A stretch of DNA of 54,077 nucleotides from Candidatus Uhrbacteria bacterium (GTDB lineage Bacteria; Patescibacteriota; Patescibacteriia; UBA9934; GWF2-40-263), in NCBI GenBank assembly GCA_018700535.1, contig JABITQ010000072.1, forward strand, positions 1 to 54,077, given 5' to 3'. Below are positions 18,377 to 28,200 of this stretch, piece after piece. Position numbers and translations under genes: made by a program. The notes below the pieces were generated by a model that was given only the letters and a program-made list of their open reading frames with translations, did not search any database and was not told where the DNA came from. Position 1 is the first letter of the stretch. Every line of letters begins with the position of its first letter.

Positions 18377-19326
18377 AACAAAAAATAATTGCCATCGTTG
18401 GTCCAACGGCTGCTGGGAAAACCGGACTTGGTATTGCGCTTGCTAAAAAATATAATGGCGAGGTGATCTCGGTTGATTCTCGTCAGGTGTATAAGGGGAT
18501 GGATGTTGGGACGGCGAAGGCAGAGGGGAAGTGGGTTGAGGTTGAAATTGAAAAGGGGGGAAGTATTGACCAGTTGTTTGGTGCGCGCAAAACGTTTTTG
18601 GTTGATGATGTGCCGCATTGGGGGATTGATCTTGTTAGTCCTGATAAAGATTATTCTGCTGCGCAGTTTAAGGAGTATGCAGAGCAAAAGATAAAAGAGA
18701 TTGCTGAACGTGGTCGTGTGCCGATTTTGGTTGGAGGGACGGGGATGTGGCTTAAGGCGCTTGTCGACAATCTTGACCTTGCTTCAACACCATCAGACAA
18801 GGGGATGCGCGCAGAGCTTGAGGCTCGACGTTTGGGCGATTTGTTTCATGAGTACAAAGAGCTTGATCCTGTTGGAGCAGAGACGATTGATAAAAACAAT
18901 AAGCGTCGTGTGATGCGTGCGCTCGAGGTGACAAAACTTACAGGGAAACCATTTTCAGAACTCCGGACAGCGGGGGAGTCTAAGTACGATGTGTTGCAAC
19001 TTGGGTTGAGTTTGGATCGTGAAGCGTTGTACGAGCGGATTAATGATCGTGTTGATGTGATGATTGGTCTTGGGCTTGTAGATGAGGTGCGTGCGTTGAA
19101 AGAAAAATATGGATGCGGCATCGATGCTATGACGGGGATAGGGTACCGACAGGTGTGTGAATTTTTAGACGGGAAGGAATCATTGCGGTTTGCGATTATA
19201 GAAACGAAGAAAGCGAGCAGGCATTACGCTAAGCGTCAGATGACATGGTTTCGTCGTGATGAGCGTGTCCTGTGGATAACTTCTGGTGAGGAAGTGAACG
19301 TAGCTGTGGATAACTTTTTGAAGTAG
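18373..19326 (+). CDS. miaA: tRNA dimethylallyltransferase
   Basis: P-loop GPTAAGKT, SVDSRQVYKGMDVGTAK, and the RQMTWFRR motif. ATGA overlap with miaB. Confidence 0.9.
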   Translation: MKQKIIAIVGPTAAGKTGLGIALAKKYNGEVISVDSRQVYKGMDVGTAKAEGKWVEVEIEKGGSIDQLFGARKTFLVDDVPHWGIDLVSPDKDYSAAQFKEYAEQKIKEIAERGRVPILVGGTGMWLKALVDNLDLASTPSDKGMRAELEARRLGDLFHEYKELDPVGAETIDKNNKRRVMRALEVTKLTGKPFSELRTAGESKYDVLQLGLSLDREALYERINDRVDVMIGLGLVDEVRALKEKYGCGIDAMTGIGYRQVCEFLDGKESLRFAIIETKKASRHYAKRQMTWFRRDERVLWITSGEEVNVAVDNFLK

Positions 19327-19342
19327 CGGGGGAGTAAGAGAT

Positions 19343-19372
19343 CAAAAAACGCCCTATTAGGGCGTTTTTGTT
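19343..19372. terminator. bidirectional intrinsic terminator between miaA and the NUDIX gene
   Basis: AAAAAACGCCC-TATTA-GGGCGTTTTTG. Overlaps the stop codon of the minus-strand gene. Confidence 0.7.
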
Positions 19373-19815
19373 TTGATCGTATTTAGTGGCATTCTTTGTC
19401 CTTCAAAGTAATCGTTGAATCGCATCGAAGTTCTTGGTGATCGATGTTCCGACTTTTTTTCGGCTATCTCTCCCCTGCTCAGCCAGACAACTTCTTTTAT
19501 CTCCGGTGCTTCAACAGGGATACGCTCGACATCCTCGAGTTCGCAGATGAAGGAGATTGTGAGATATTCAGAATCGATATTTTGATAAACACTTAAGACC
19601 GCGACAGGTTTTACAGTGTACCCAGTCTCCTCGAGACATTCACGGACAACTGATTCAAAAACCGTTTCACCTGGGTCCATGTGTCCACCGGGTTGGTTGA
19701 GTACGATAGGTGCGTTTGGATCGTTGTGTGGAATCTGTTCGCGCACAGCAAGCATCTTTCCATCGTGCTCGACAAGAGCCATTGTCGAAACTTTGATTCG
19801 ATAACGCTCTTCCAT
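19357..19815 (-). CDS. NUDIX hydrolase
   Basis: Nudix box GGHMDPGETVFESVVRECLEETGY. Confidence 0.85.
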   Translation of the reverse strand: MEERYRIKVSTMALVEHDGKMLAVREQIPHNDPNAPIVLNQPGGHMDPGETVFESVVRECLEETGYTVKPVAVLSVYQNIDSEYLTISFICELEDVERIPVEAPEIKEVVWLSRGEIAEKKSEHRSPRTSMRFNDYFEGQRMPLNTIKTKTP

Positions 19816-19816
19816 A

Positions 19817-21346
19817 CTATTCAGCCTTAAGCTTCACGAGCAAGATGTTTTTAGCAAGCGCAGGGTCGGCTGTTCCTTCAGAAGCTTTCATCACCATTCC
19901 GATTAAGAACTTGATGAGCTGATCTTCTCCTGCTTGGTAGCGTGCGACTTCTGCAGGGTTGCTTTCGATCACGCGGTCGATAATCTCAGCCAAGGCACCT
20001 TCGTCACTTACTTGCCCAAGCTGCTTGTCCTCCATGATGTGTGTTGGGTCGCTACCATCGTCGAGCATAGCGTTCAATACTTTGAGACCAGCAACGTTGT
20101 TGAGCTTGCGGGTGACAATAAGTGTAATAAACTCTGCCATGTTCTCTGGTGTGATTTTCATGGTGCGCACATTGCCACCGCGTTCTGATAAGAGTCCTAA
20201 GAGTTTTGAAAGAATCCATCCCGCAACAGCTTTGGACATTTTTTTGTTTTCAACCTGAAGCGCTTCTTCGTCCATTGCATCAAATTCAGGCATCGCGTTC
20301 ATCCATGCACCAAGCTCTGAGAACGTGTGCTCAACAAAGTCAGCGAGCGCTGGGTCTTCGCAGATCTGTCGTGCATCTGCGGGTTTAAGCTTGTATTCAT
20401 TGGCAAAACGCAGGCGACGTGCAGCGGGGAGCTCTGGGAGATGGTGACGCATCTCTTCTGCCATGGCCGCAAGTTTTAGTGGTGGGATGTCTGGGTCGGG
20501 GAAGAACCGGTAATCCGCAGCGTCTTCTTTAGAGCGCTGGTCTTCTGTAATGCCCTTAACATCATTCCATCCACGGGTGGTGGATTCCATTGGTGGGTTG
20601 CCTGCATCCCAAAGCTTTGTCTGTCTTTCGATTTCGTGCTCGAGTCCCCTCTCTACAAATTTAAAAGAGTTGAGGTTTTTGATTTCCGTTTTTGGATTCA
20701 ACAATGCACCAATCACTTCTCCGTTTTCGTCGATTGGGCGGAGTGAAATGTTTGCATCGCAACGCATGTGCCCCTTTTCCATGTCGGCATTACTAACACC
20801 AAGATAGCGGGCGATTTGTCGAAGCTCTTGCAGAAAAACTTTTGCTTCGCGCGGTGAGCGGAAGTCAGGTTGGGTGACGATCTCTACAAGAGGAGTGCCT
20901 CCGCGATTAAAATCAACGTAGGTTTTTCCATCCTCACCGTGATGAGATTTTGCTGCGTCTTCCTCAAGGTGTGCGCGCTCCATACCAATCCTTACATTTG
21001 TGCGCTCACCGTCTGGCACCTCGATATCAACATACCCACCTGCAGCAACAGGAAGGTCGAACTGTGAAATTTGGTATGCCTTTGGAAGGTCTGGGTAGAA
21101 GTAGTTTTTTCGATCAAACTTTGAGTACTCAGCGATGTCGCTATTAAGAGCGAGGCCCACAAGCACACCAAACTTCACAGCCTGTTCATTGATGACAGGG
21201 AGTGTGCCTGGGTGACCGAGACAGATTGGGCAGACGTTTGTGTTGGGTGCAACAGCCGTGTCATGCGTTGAGCATCCACAAAACATCTTTGTTTTTGTCT
21301 TAAGTTGCAGGTGAATCTCAAGACCAATAATCGATTCGTATTTCAT
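19817..21346 (-). CDS. gatB: Asp/Glu-tRNA amidotransferase subunit B
   Basis: MKYESIIGLEIHLQL start, the CPICLGHPGTLP motif, and a C-terminal YqeY-like domain. The track start at 21355 is TTG; the ATG at 21346 is preferred. Confidence 0.93.
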   Translation of the reverse strand: MKYESIIGLEIHLQLKTKTKMFCGCSTHDTAVAPNTNVCPICLGHPGTLPVINEQAVKFGVLVGLALNSDIAEYSKFDRKNYFYPDLPKAYQISQFDLPVAAGGYVDIEVPDGERTNVRIGMERAHLEEDAAKSHHGEDGKTYVDFNRGGTPLVEIVTQPDFRSPREAKVFLQELRQIARYLGVSNADMEKGHMRCDANISLRPIDENGEVIGALLNPKTEIKNLNSFKFVERGLEHEIERQTKLWDAGNPPMESTTRGWNDVKGITEDQRSKEDAADYRFFPDPDIPPLKLAAMAEEMRHHLPELPAARRLRFANEYKLKPADARQICEDPALADFVEHTFSELGAWMNAMPEFDAMDEEALQVENKKMSKAVAGWILSKLLGLLSERGGNVRTMKITPENMAEFITLIVTRKLNNVAGLKVLNAMLDDGSDPTHIMEDKQLGQVSDEGALAEIIDRVIESNPAEVARYQAGEDQLIKFLIGMVMKASEGTADPALAKNILLVKLKAE

Positions 21347-21358
21347 AGTCTCCAAAGC

Positions 21359-22111
21359 CTACCCCGCGTCGCAGGTGTTTTCAAGTTCCTTTTTAAAAGG
21401 GTTCTTTTTAAGATCTAGATAGAGCATGGTCATATATACGGCCACCCACGGCATAGCGATCACTTCTCCTACAATCTGGATTGTTTCAGCCCAAATAGGA
21501 GCTTTGTTTTGATCAAAAACAGTAAGAGGGTCGATGCCAGCAAAGCTTGCAACAAGCATGATTACGAGTGCAGCGACACTTGAGTAGATAATGCCGATTG
21601 CTAGCGGGCCACCAACAAGTCGTCCGGCAACTTTGAAGAATCGACCACGCACCATCTCTTTGCTATCAGCGAGCGCTTGCATGCCCCGCTTGTCCTCTAA
21701 GATTGCGATGGGTTGTGCAAAGCCGTACCAAACAAGAAAGAGAAGTCCTGGCGCAACGAAGAGTAGAATTCCTCCGATAAAGATAATTGCTTGTAAAAAG
21801 ACAACGCCAAGAAATGCAGGTAAACGTTGTGTGGATTCTAAGTGAAGTGTCTTTGTATCTAATGGCTTATTCTCTATCAACTGTACGCTGAGTTTGATGA
21901 GAAGGATTGAGACCCAGAACGCAAAGAAGAGTTCGACGGCTCCTGCAAGAATTGCTCCTGTCGTAGTGAGCCAGTGTTCGGGTGCGTACGAAAGCGCAAT
22001 CATGGCTGCAAAAGGCACAAGAAGCCAAGTAGCGTATCCCAGCATGAGCCAGATGTTCTCTCGGTACAACTTGAGCGAGCGCTTAAAGAGTTCTGTGAGT
22101 GAGAGCAGCAT
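21359..22111 (-). CDS. polytopic membrane protein, paralog of the upstream gene
   Basis: About 6 TM helices. The N-terminus (LSLTELFKRSLKLYRENIW) and a mid-protein RGRFFK motif match the 22116-22991 product. ATG at 22111 avoids overlap. Confidence 0.65.
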   Translation of the reverse strand: MLLSLTELFKRSLKLYRENIWLMLGYATWLLVPFAAMIALSYAPEHWLTTTGAILAGAVELFFAFWVSILLIKLSVQLIENKPLDTKTLHLESTQRLPAFLGVVFLQAIIFIGGILLFVAPGLLFLVWYGFAQPIAILEDKRGMQALADSKEMVRGRFFKVAGRLVGGPLAIGIIYSSVAALVIMLVASFAGIDPLTVFDQNKAPIWAETIQIVGEVIAMPWVAVYMTMLYLDLKKNPFKKELENTCDAG

Positions 22112-22115
22112 AGGT

Positions 22116-22991
22116 TTATGCGTCTTTGATTGATTGGTAAAGAAGTACGTCTGAAATGATAATGAGCGGATTGATGAAGATGACAATAAGAGTTGGTAGA
22201 ACAGCGTCAGTCATTGTGGCGATGCGTAGTTGTAGATCAAGGCTGATCCCAGCACTTGCGTCCACGAGGACATTGCCGATGTAGCCGACGATTACCATGA
22301 CAAAAAGTCCAAAGGCGATAAAGACGAGCTTTGGTACGACGATGCGAATAAGTGCCTGCCAGAATTTTCCACGTACAAGTTTGCGTGAGGCTTCAAGTGC
22401 TTTTTTGCTAGGGGTCTTTTCAAGAATGGTTATGATTGGAGCAAAGAAGTAGTACACCATCCATTGGAAGCTAAGGTAGAGCGCTACGAAGATTCCTAGC
22501 ACTAGGAGAAGATTTCCGATAAGTACAAGTCCGCTTACATTAAGCCATGCGCCAATCCCAGCAATAATGGCTGGGGGAGCAAAACCAATCACGATCGCAA
22601 GGAGCAACATGAGGAGCACCATGAATGTTGTGATTGCTGCTGGGATAAGGACTTCCTTTCCTTCTTTTAACGCCATTTTGTGATCTGGTCGCTTGCGAGA
22701 TAGGTGTGTCTTTACCATGCGTGTGAGCGAGGTGTAGATCCAGAATGTAAGGATTGGGGCAATGAGGTATGCCGTTAGTGCATAAAGACCAATACCAAAC
22801 ATTTCACCTCCAGTCAGGTCTGAGCGAAGTGTGAGTGCGCTTGATGATGGGTAAAAGGCTAGGGCTATTACGTAAAGAATAGCTGTGACAAGGATCCAGC
22901 CAGAGACTCCGAGAAGTTCGGTAATCCTCGTTTTGTAAACGTTGAATGATTCGTCGATAAGTTGACCGACGGAAATGAGAGGTTTTGGCAT
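22116..22991 (-). CDS. polytopic membrane protein, paralog of the downstream gene
   Basis: Multiple TM helices, with N-terminal ISVGQLIDESFNVYKTRIT and an RGKFWQ motif. The ATG at 22991 lies 2 nt after the stop of the kinase gene. Confidence 0.65.
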   Translation of the reverse strand: MPKPLISVGQLIDESFNVYKTRITELLGVSGWILVTAILYVIALAFYPSSSALTLRSDLTGGEMFGIGLYALTAYLIAPILTFWIYTSLTRMVKTHLSRKRPDHKMALKEGKEVLIPAAITTFMVLLMLLLAIVIGFAPPAIIAGIGAWLNVSGLVLIGNLLLVLGIFVALYLSFQWMVYYFFAPIITILEKTPSKKALEASRKLVRGKFWQALIRIVVPKLVFIAFGLFVMVIVGYIGNVLVDASAGISLDLQLRIATMTDAVLPTLIVIFINPLIIISDVLLYQSIKDA

Positions 22992-22993
22992 AA

Positions 22994-23707
22994 CTAGCAA
23001 GTAGTAAAAATATGATCGATAAGTTGTTTGGCGCGCGCGTTGGTTTGCTCGAGAGAGTCTGAGGTGTCTAGGTCAAAAATGTCTGTGCCTTTTGATGTAA
23101 AAAGTTCGCGGAGCCATTTGGATTTGTAACGCTCCTCCTGTTTCTTTAAAAATTCTAGTTCTACAAATACACCTTTTGATTCGTCGCTTCGTGACTTGAT
23201 GCGCTCGTGCGCTTGGTTTGCTGAGATGCTTGTGAGGATAAGTGCGGTGGGTACGTTCTCAAGAGCAAGCTTGTTACCTGGGAGATTCATAATGGTCTCG
23301 AGCGGTACAGAGTTGTCCATGATGGGTTGGTAGACGAGTGAGCTTGAGACGCCACGGTCTTGGATGATCGTTTTGCCAGCCTTGAGTGCTGGGATGATCA
23401 GGCGTTTGTACATCATCTGTCTGTCGAGAGCGAAGGCGTGTGCAAGCTCTTCGCCGCCATAAGGCAGATCAGATCGTGAGAGTTCGTAGCGAATAGCTGC
23501 GCCCACCCATGAGCGTGTTGGCTCGTAGGTAAAATAGACATCGTAGTCGGGGATGTCTTCAAATGTTGGGGGTGCAGGTTCTTTCCAATCGTTCAATCGA
23601 AAAACGCGATGTTCGCAGTCTTGTGCCCATGCATCAACTGATCGAAGCACCGTAGATTTCCCGCTACCGGTAATGCCGTCAACAATAATAAATCGTCCTT
23701 TGTTCAT
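22994..23707 (-). CDS. thymidylate-kinase-like dNMP kinase
   Basis: P-loop FIIVDGITGSGKST, the YEPT..G..IR segment, a DRG (DRY-like) motif and a LID-like region. The ATG at 23707 (MNKGRF) is preferred over the track start at 23827, which would overlap the divergent gene. Confidence 0.8.
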   Translation of the reverse strand: MNKGRFIIVDGITGSGKSTVLRSVDAWAQDCEHRVFRLNDWKEPAPPTFEDIPDYDVYFTYEPTRSWVGAAIRYELSRSDLPYGGEELAHAFALDRQMMYKRLIIPALKAGKTIIQDRGVSSSLVYQPIMDNSVPLETIMNLPGNKLALENVPTALILTSISANQAHERIKSRSDESKGVFVELEFLKKQEERYKSKWLRELFTSKGTDIFDLDTSDSLEQTNARAKQLIDHIFTTC

Positions 23708-23806
23708 AGGTTCGAGAGTTGTCCACAAGGACGTTGTCTTCCTGCCTATTTTAGCCCAAATACGGCCTGGTGGAAACCTGTCGGTGGGTGGTACAGTGTT
23801 GCTTGT

Positions 23807-24646
23807 ATGACACCATTTGACGTTCAATATAAAGAAGCGATTCGTTTGATTATGGAAGAAGGGATTGATGTCCCAAACCCATGGTCAGGTCGTGTGACCC
23901 GTATGGTTCCTGGTGTAACCTTGCGTGTAGATGTTGCGGAGTGTTTTCCGTTGTTAACACTTCGGAAAATTCCATTACGTCTTTTTATTGCTGAGCAGGT
24001 TTGGTACTTGATGGGCGAGAAGAACGCCACCTGGTTGCAGCAGTACACAAAAATTTGGGATGCATTTTTGGAAGAAGACGGTACGGTGCAGGCGGCTTAT
24101 GGTCATCGGTGGCGTCATCATTTTGGGCGCGATCAAATTGATTTGCTCGTGACACACCTCAAAGAGAATCCTGCATCTCGACATGCAGTTGTGATTACTT
24201 GGGATCCTGCAGATGATGGTTTTGGTCTCGACAAAAAGTTGAATGTCCCATGTCCGTATACATTTACTGTTAACATTGCTGGAGGAAAACTTCATCTCCA
24301 CAACATCATTCGCAGCAACGACATGATGCTTGGGTGTCCGCACGATGCCGCAGGTTTTGCACTATTACAGTGTTTCTTGGCTGAAAAGCTAGGTGTCGAG
24401 CCAGGGATCTACACACATTCAATTTCAAACGCACATATCTACGACAATCACTTTGATGCCGCAAACGAGCTCATGAGTCGCAGTCACGATCACGGAACGG
24501 TAAAAGTAACGATTCCAGAAAATGGTTATGATCGCGCGGTAAAGGGAGATACCGAGCTTGTGAGTGAATTGTTTAAGCAAGTAAAAAGTCAGTACAATCC
24601 CCTTGAATCAATTAAAGGAATGAAGATTACCGTTAACGTTTACTAA
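23807..24646 (+). CDS. thymidylate synthase (ThyA) family enzyme with atypical Asp at the Asn177-equivalent position
   Basis: It aligns by eye along the whole length of E. coli ThyA: CFPLLTLRK, IWDAF, AYGHRWR, ASRHAVVITWD, catalytic NVPCPY, IRSNDMMLGCPHDAAGFALL, SNAHIYDNH, and C-terminal GMKITVNVY. Confidence 0.85.
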   Translation: MTPFDVQYKEAIRLIMEEGIDVPNPWSGRVTRMVPGVTLRVDVAECFPLLTLRKIPLRLFIAEQVWYLMGEKNATWLQQYTKIWDAFLEEDGTVQAAYGHRWRHHFGRDQIDLLVTHLKENPASRHAVVITWDPADDGFGLDKKLNVPCPYTFTVNIAGGKLHLHNIIRSNDMMLGCPHDAAGFALLQCFLAEKLGVEPGIYTHSISNAHIYDNHFDAANELMSRSHDHGTVKVTIPENGYDRAVKGDTELVSELFKQVKSQYNPLESIKGMKITVNVY

Positions 24647-24648
24647 AC

Positions 24649-25170
24649 ATGAAAGTATTACTTATCGCCGCAATTACTGCGGATGGAAAAATTGCTGAGA
24701 CAACTGATCAAAGATCACTTGATTGGACGAGCAAAGAGGACTTGAAGTTTTTTATTGAGAAAACAAAAGAGGCCGGTGTTGTGATCATGGGTAGGAAGAC
24801 TTATGAGACGTTTGGTAAGCCTTTGAAAGGACGCAGGTTGATTGTGATGTCATCAAAAGGAGATGATGGACTTATGGATAAAGTGGATGAGCTTGAAGCT
24901 GGAGTTGTCGAATATTCTCGACTAGACATTAAGCAGATGATCAGCAAGCTTGAAGCGCAAGGGTATGATCAAGTCGTTGTTGCCGGAGGTGCATCTGTTT
25001 ACGGTCAGTTTTTGGAGCAAGAGCTTGTGACAGATGTTTATCTTAATGTTCATTCGATTTTGTTTGGTGCAGGCGTACCACTTGCAACAGGGTTCGAACG
25101 TGTGCAGATGAAGCTTGAAGATGTCAGTCGTTTAGGAGAGCAGGAGGTTCTACTCCATTACACTGTTTAA
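24649..25170 (+). CDS. dihydrofolate reductase family protein (RibD C-terminal domain type)
   Basis: 173 aa with LIAAITADGKIA, GVVIMGRKTYE and VVVAGGASVY motifs. Lies 2 nt downstream of the ThyA-family gene. Confidence 0.7.
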   Translation: MKVLLIAAITADGKIAETTDQRSLDWTSKEDLKFFIEKTKEAGVVIMGRKTYETFGKPLKGRRLIVMSSKGDDGLMDKVDELEAGVVEYSRLDIKQMISKLEAQGYDQVVVAGGASVYGQFLEQELVTDVYLNVHSILFGAGVPLATGFERVQMKLEDVSRLGEQEVLLHYTV

Positions 25171-25171
25171 T

Positions 25172-25212
25172 AAAAAAACTGGCGTCGGGATAATCCCTGC
25201 GCCAGTTTTTTT
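25172..25212. terminator. bidirectional intrinsic terminator
   Basis: AAAAAAACTGGCG..CGCCAGTTTTTTTG between convergent genes. Confidence 0.75.
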
Positions 25213-25217
25213 GTTTG

Positions 25218-28200
25218 CTAAGCCTCTCTTTGCAGGTTGATATCTGCTAACTCTTTCTCGATAAATAATTCATTTGATTCGATCTTTCTAAGAATCTGAC
25301 CATACTCTGGAGTATGTCTTAGTTCTTCGTTTTGCATATCGACAAGCATGGTTCTAAACGCTTCTGTTTCTCCAAGTGTGTTGACCAAATCTTTGCGCAT
25401 GTCGTTTGCTGTGTGTTGCGCGTTGTATCCATCGCTATCAAAGACCACTTGGGTGACAGTGTTTGTTGTGTCCGGGTAACCACCCACCATTTTGTACCCA
25501 CGATAGATTTCGTTTGAGGTGATTCCGCGTGCGCTAAGGGCTTGCTCTTCGTATTGCCAATGGTCAAAGCGAGCCATGTTTACATTTGTAACCTCACCTT
25601 TGAGGTTGTAGTGAAATCTTACTCTTCCGTGCCTGTTTGCAAACCGTCCTAATTTTTCACCGTCTTGATATCGGGTTTTTCCTGCATCGGAGTCGCTGGT
25701 CTGTTCTGTCGGTTCGCCGTTATTTACTGCTACAACACCCCCGCCACCAGTATCTACTGGAGCCTCTGGTGCAGCGGTGTTAACGAGAATAATACCAGAT
25801 GTTTCTGCGGCGTGCTTGATAACATTATGGGCTCTGTCTAAGTATTCTGCGTTACCACTGCGAAGTTCTGCTGCCAATAACCTTCGCAACAATACAGCCT
25901 CACCAGATGTGGGGTTCTCAATAATTTGAGCTGAGCGGAGAGCTTTCTCGTAAATAAAGATACGCATTGCTGTTTCTTTGATCGAATCTTTTCGGTCATC
26001 AATGCCGTTAAAGGAATCTTCCTCCCAATTGTCATCGAGCAGCTCTTGCGATGCGGTGGCGAATGACGGTGGGGCCTTGGCGATCTCGTCGTCTAGGTTG
26101 ATGCTTGGGGTGTGTGAACCATCGTAATCAAATTTGATACGACCAAGTCCTTTTACTTTAATTTTTACATCAGACTCACTTGCTTCAACATCGGCTTTGA
26201 TATCCGCGAGAGTTTCTGTTGATAGTGAGGCAAGTTCTTCGTTTCCTTGTTCGCCAATGCGAGCGATTTCATCGAGCATCTCGCGACGAACTAGATGTGC
26301 TTCTGCGCTATCGCCTAAGTCGTTGTCTTCAAGTGCGTGCAGGGTTCGCTCATAAGCTTCGATGCGTAGAACAGCTTGCTTAACCACCTCGATGTCGTGA
26401 GCGATCTCTGCTTTAAGATCTGAGTCGAGAGATGAGCTTGCCATCATTGCGTCGACTTGCTTCAGCTCTGCGGCATTCAGATCCATTCCAGTGATCTCTG
26501 CTCCCGTAACTGTGCTGTCTGGTCCGTGTTCAAAATCAACCTCAACACCCTTACCAAGCATAAGCTTGTCGATACCTGCTGAATGAGGTGTTGGATCAGA
26601 TGCAATTGATCGTTCGGTAATCGACCCAATGCGTGATCCGCTTTCGTAGGTGAGTCCTTGTTCTTCAGCCTCAGCAAACGTCATTGCTTCACCTGTAGCA
26701 GTGTCAACGAGTTGGATACCACCATCTTTTGTGGCATGCACAGCAATCTTTCCAATAGCGTCAGTATCAAGTCGCGTGTCTCCATCTTCGCGGATCGCTC
26801 CAGCGTCACGTGCGGTTTGAACGGCTTTGTCGAGCGCCCAATCTTTTACTCCGGTATCGTCGCCTGTATATCCAAACGATTTAGGATCTTCCATGTACTG
26901 GTTGCGAAGAAGTGCTGTGATGCTGTTGTGATCTCTGTCTGCGCTAACAGTAATTTCTTGAGAGACTTCAATGATCGGAGTTTCAACTGGCGCTGAAGAC
27001 TCTGCTGACGCCGCAGCTCCGGTTTCTGCTCCAGGCTCTGTGGTTGCAGCTACCGCCCCACCATCGACACTTGCAACTGGTGCCGGAGTGCTTGTTTCGG
27101 CAGTAGAAGGTGTTGGTGTGGTTGTTGATGTGGGTGTAGGTTTCGGTGGTGGAGTGACGGTTGCTGGAGTTGTCGTCGTAGATGAGTCTGGTGTCGCAAC
27201 AGCTTCTTCCTTACTGTTAAACAGGTCTGTAAAAAAGCGTACGACTGGATTTGAAGGATAACGATCGTCTGCTGCTTCTAGCGCCTCAGTTAAGCTCTTT
27301 TTAAGACCTTCTACATGTTTACCAGGGGCGATATCGCCAACATCATCACCGAATGCAAAAGTGGCAAGACCACCAAAGGTAGCGAGAGTTCCAAGGGCTT
27401 TTATTCGGCTAATGTTTCGTCCCCAAATGGTTTTTGCTCCTCCTCCCTCAAATTCATTTATTTTTTCATGGATTCCACTCACAATCATTTCGTTCCAGTA
27501 TGCATCTGGACGTTCACCCTCCTCAATTTCCTTACTGACTTTTCTATGACGTTCAAATAGTGAAACAGCAGAGAATGAGGCAAGACGATAAACTTCAAGC
27601 CCCGTTACTTTGAACAGTGTGTTAATTCCTTGTTTGAGCACCTCCGTCTCCTTGATGCGTGTCTCAATAGACTTTTTGAGAACCTCAATAATTTCCTTGT
27701 TCCGTTTTTCTTCAAGATCTTCAAGATCTTGCTCGTACTTATTGATGATGCCTTCGATCTTTCCAATCAGCTTCGCTTTCTTTGTTTCAGTGAGGAATTC
27801 AGATTGTTGAATTCGTTCTGCAATTACACGTTGTTTTTCGATGAGTAGCTCGTGTCCAGAAAGCTTGGGTTCTTTTTCTGCTGCTTTGAGCGCATCGAGA
27901 ATACTTGCTCTTTCTTTGTTTGTGTAGCGTCTCTGGAATCCGTATTGAATTGCATCAGGGATTATTTTTACACCAAAAATACTCATGGCAGCACCAAGCC
28001 CAGCACCAGCTAATGCTTTGGCTGTATCAACTCCTGTTGCTTCGTAGTCCTCTTTTTCTTCCGTGCGGAGCTCACCAGTAAACCGACGTTTGAATTGTTC
28101 TGCATGTCGACCGAGACTTTCTTTAAATCCTGATTGTTCGACAGGTTCTGAATCTGACTGCTCTTCATCGTTTTCAACCTGTACTGATTCTGTGCTAACA

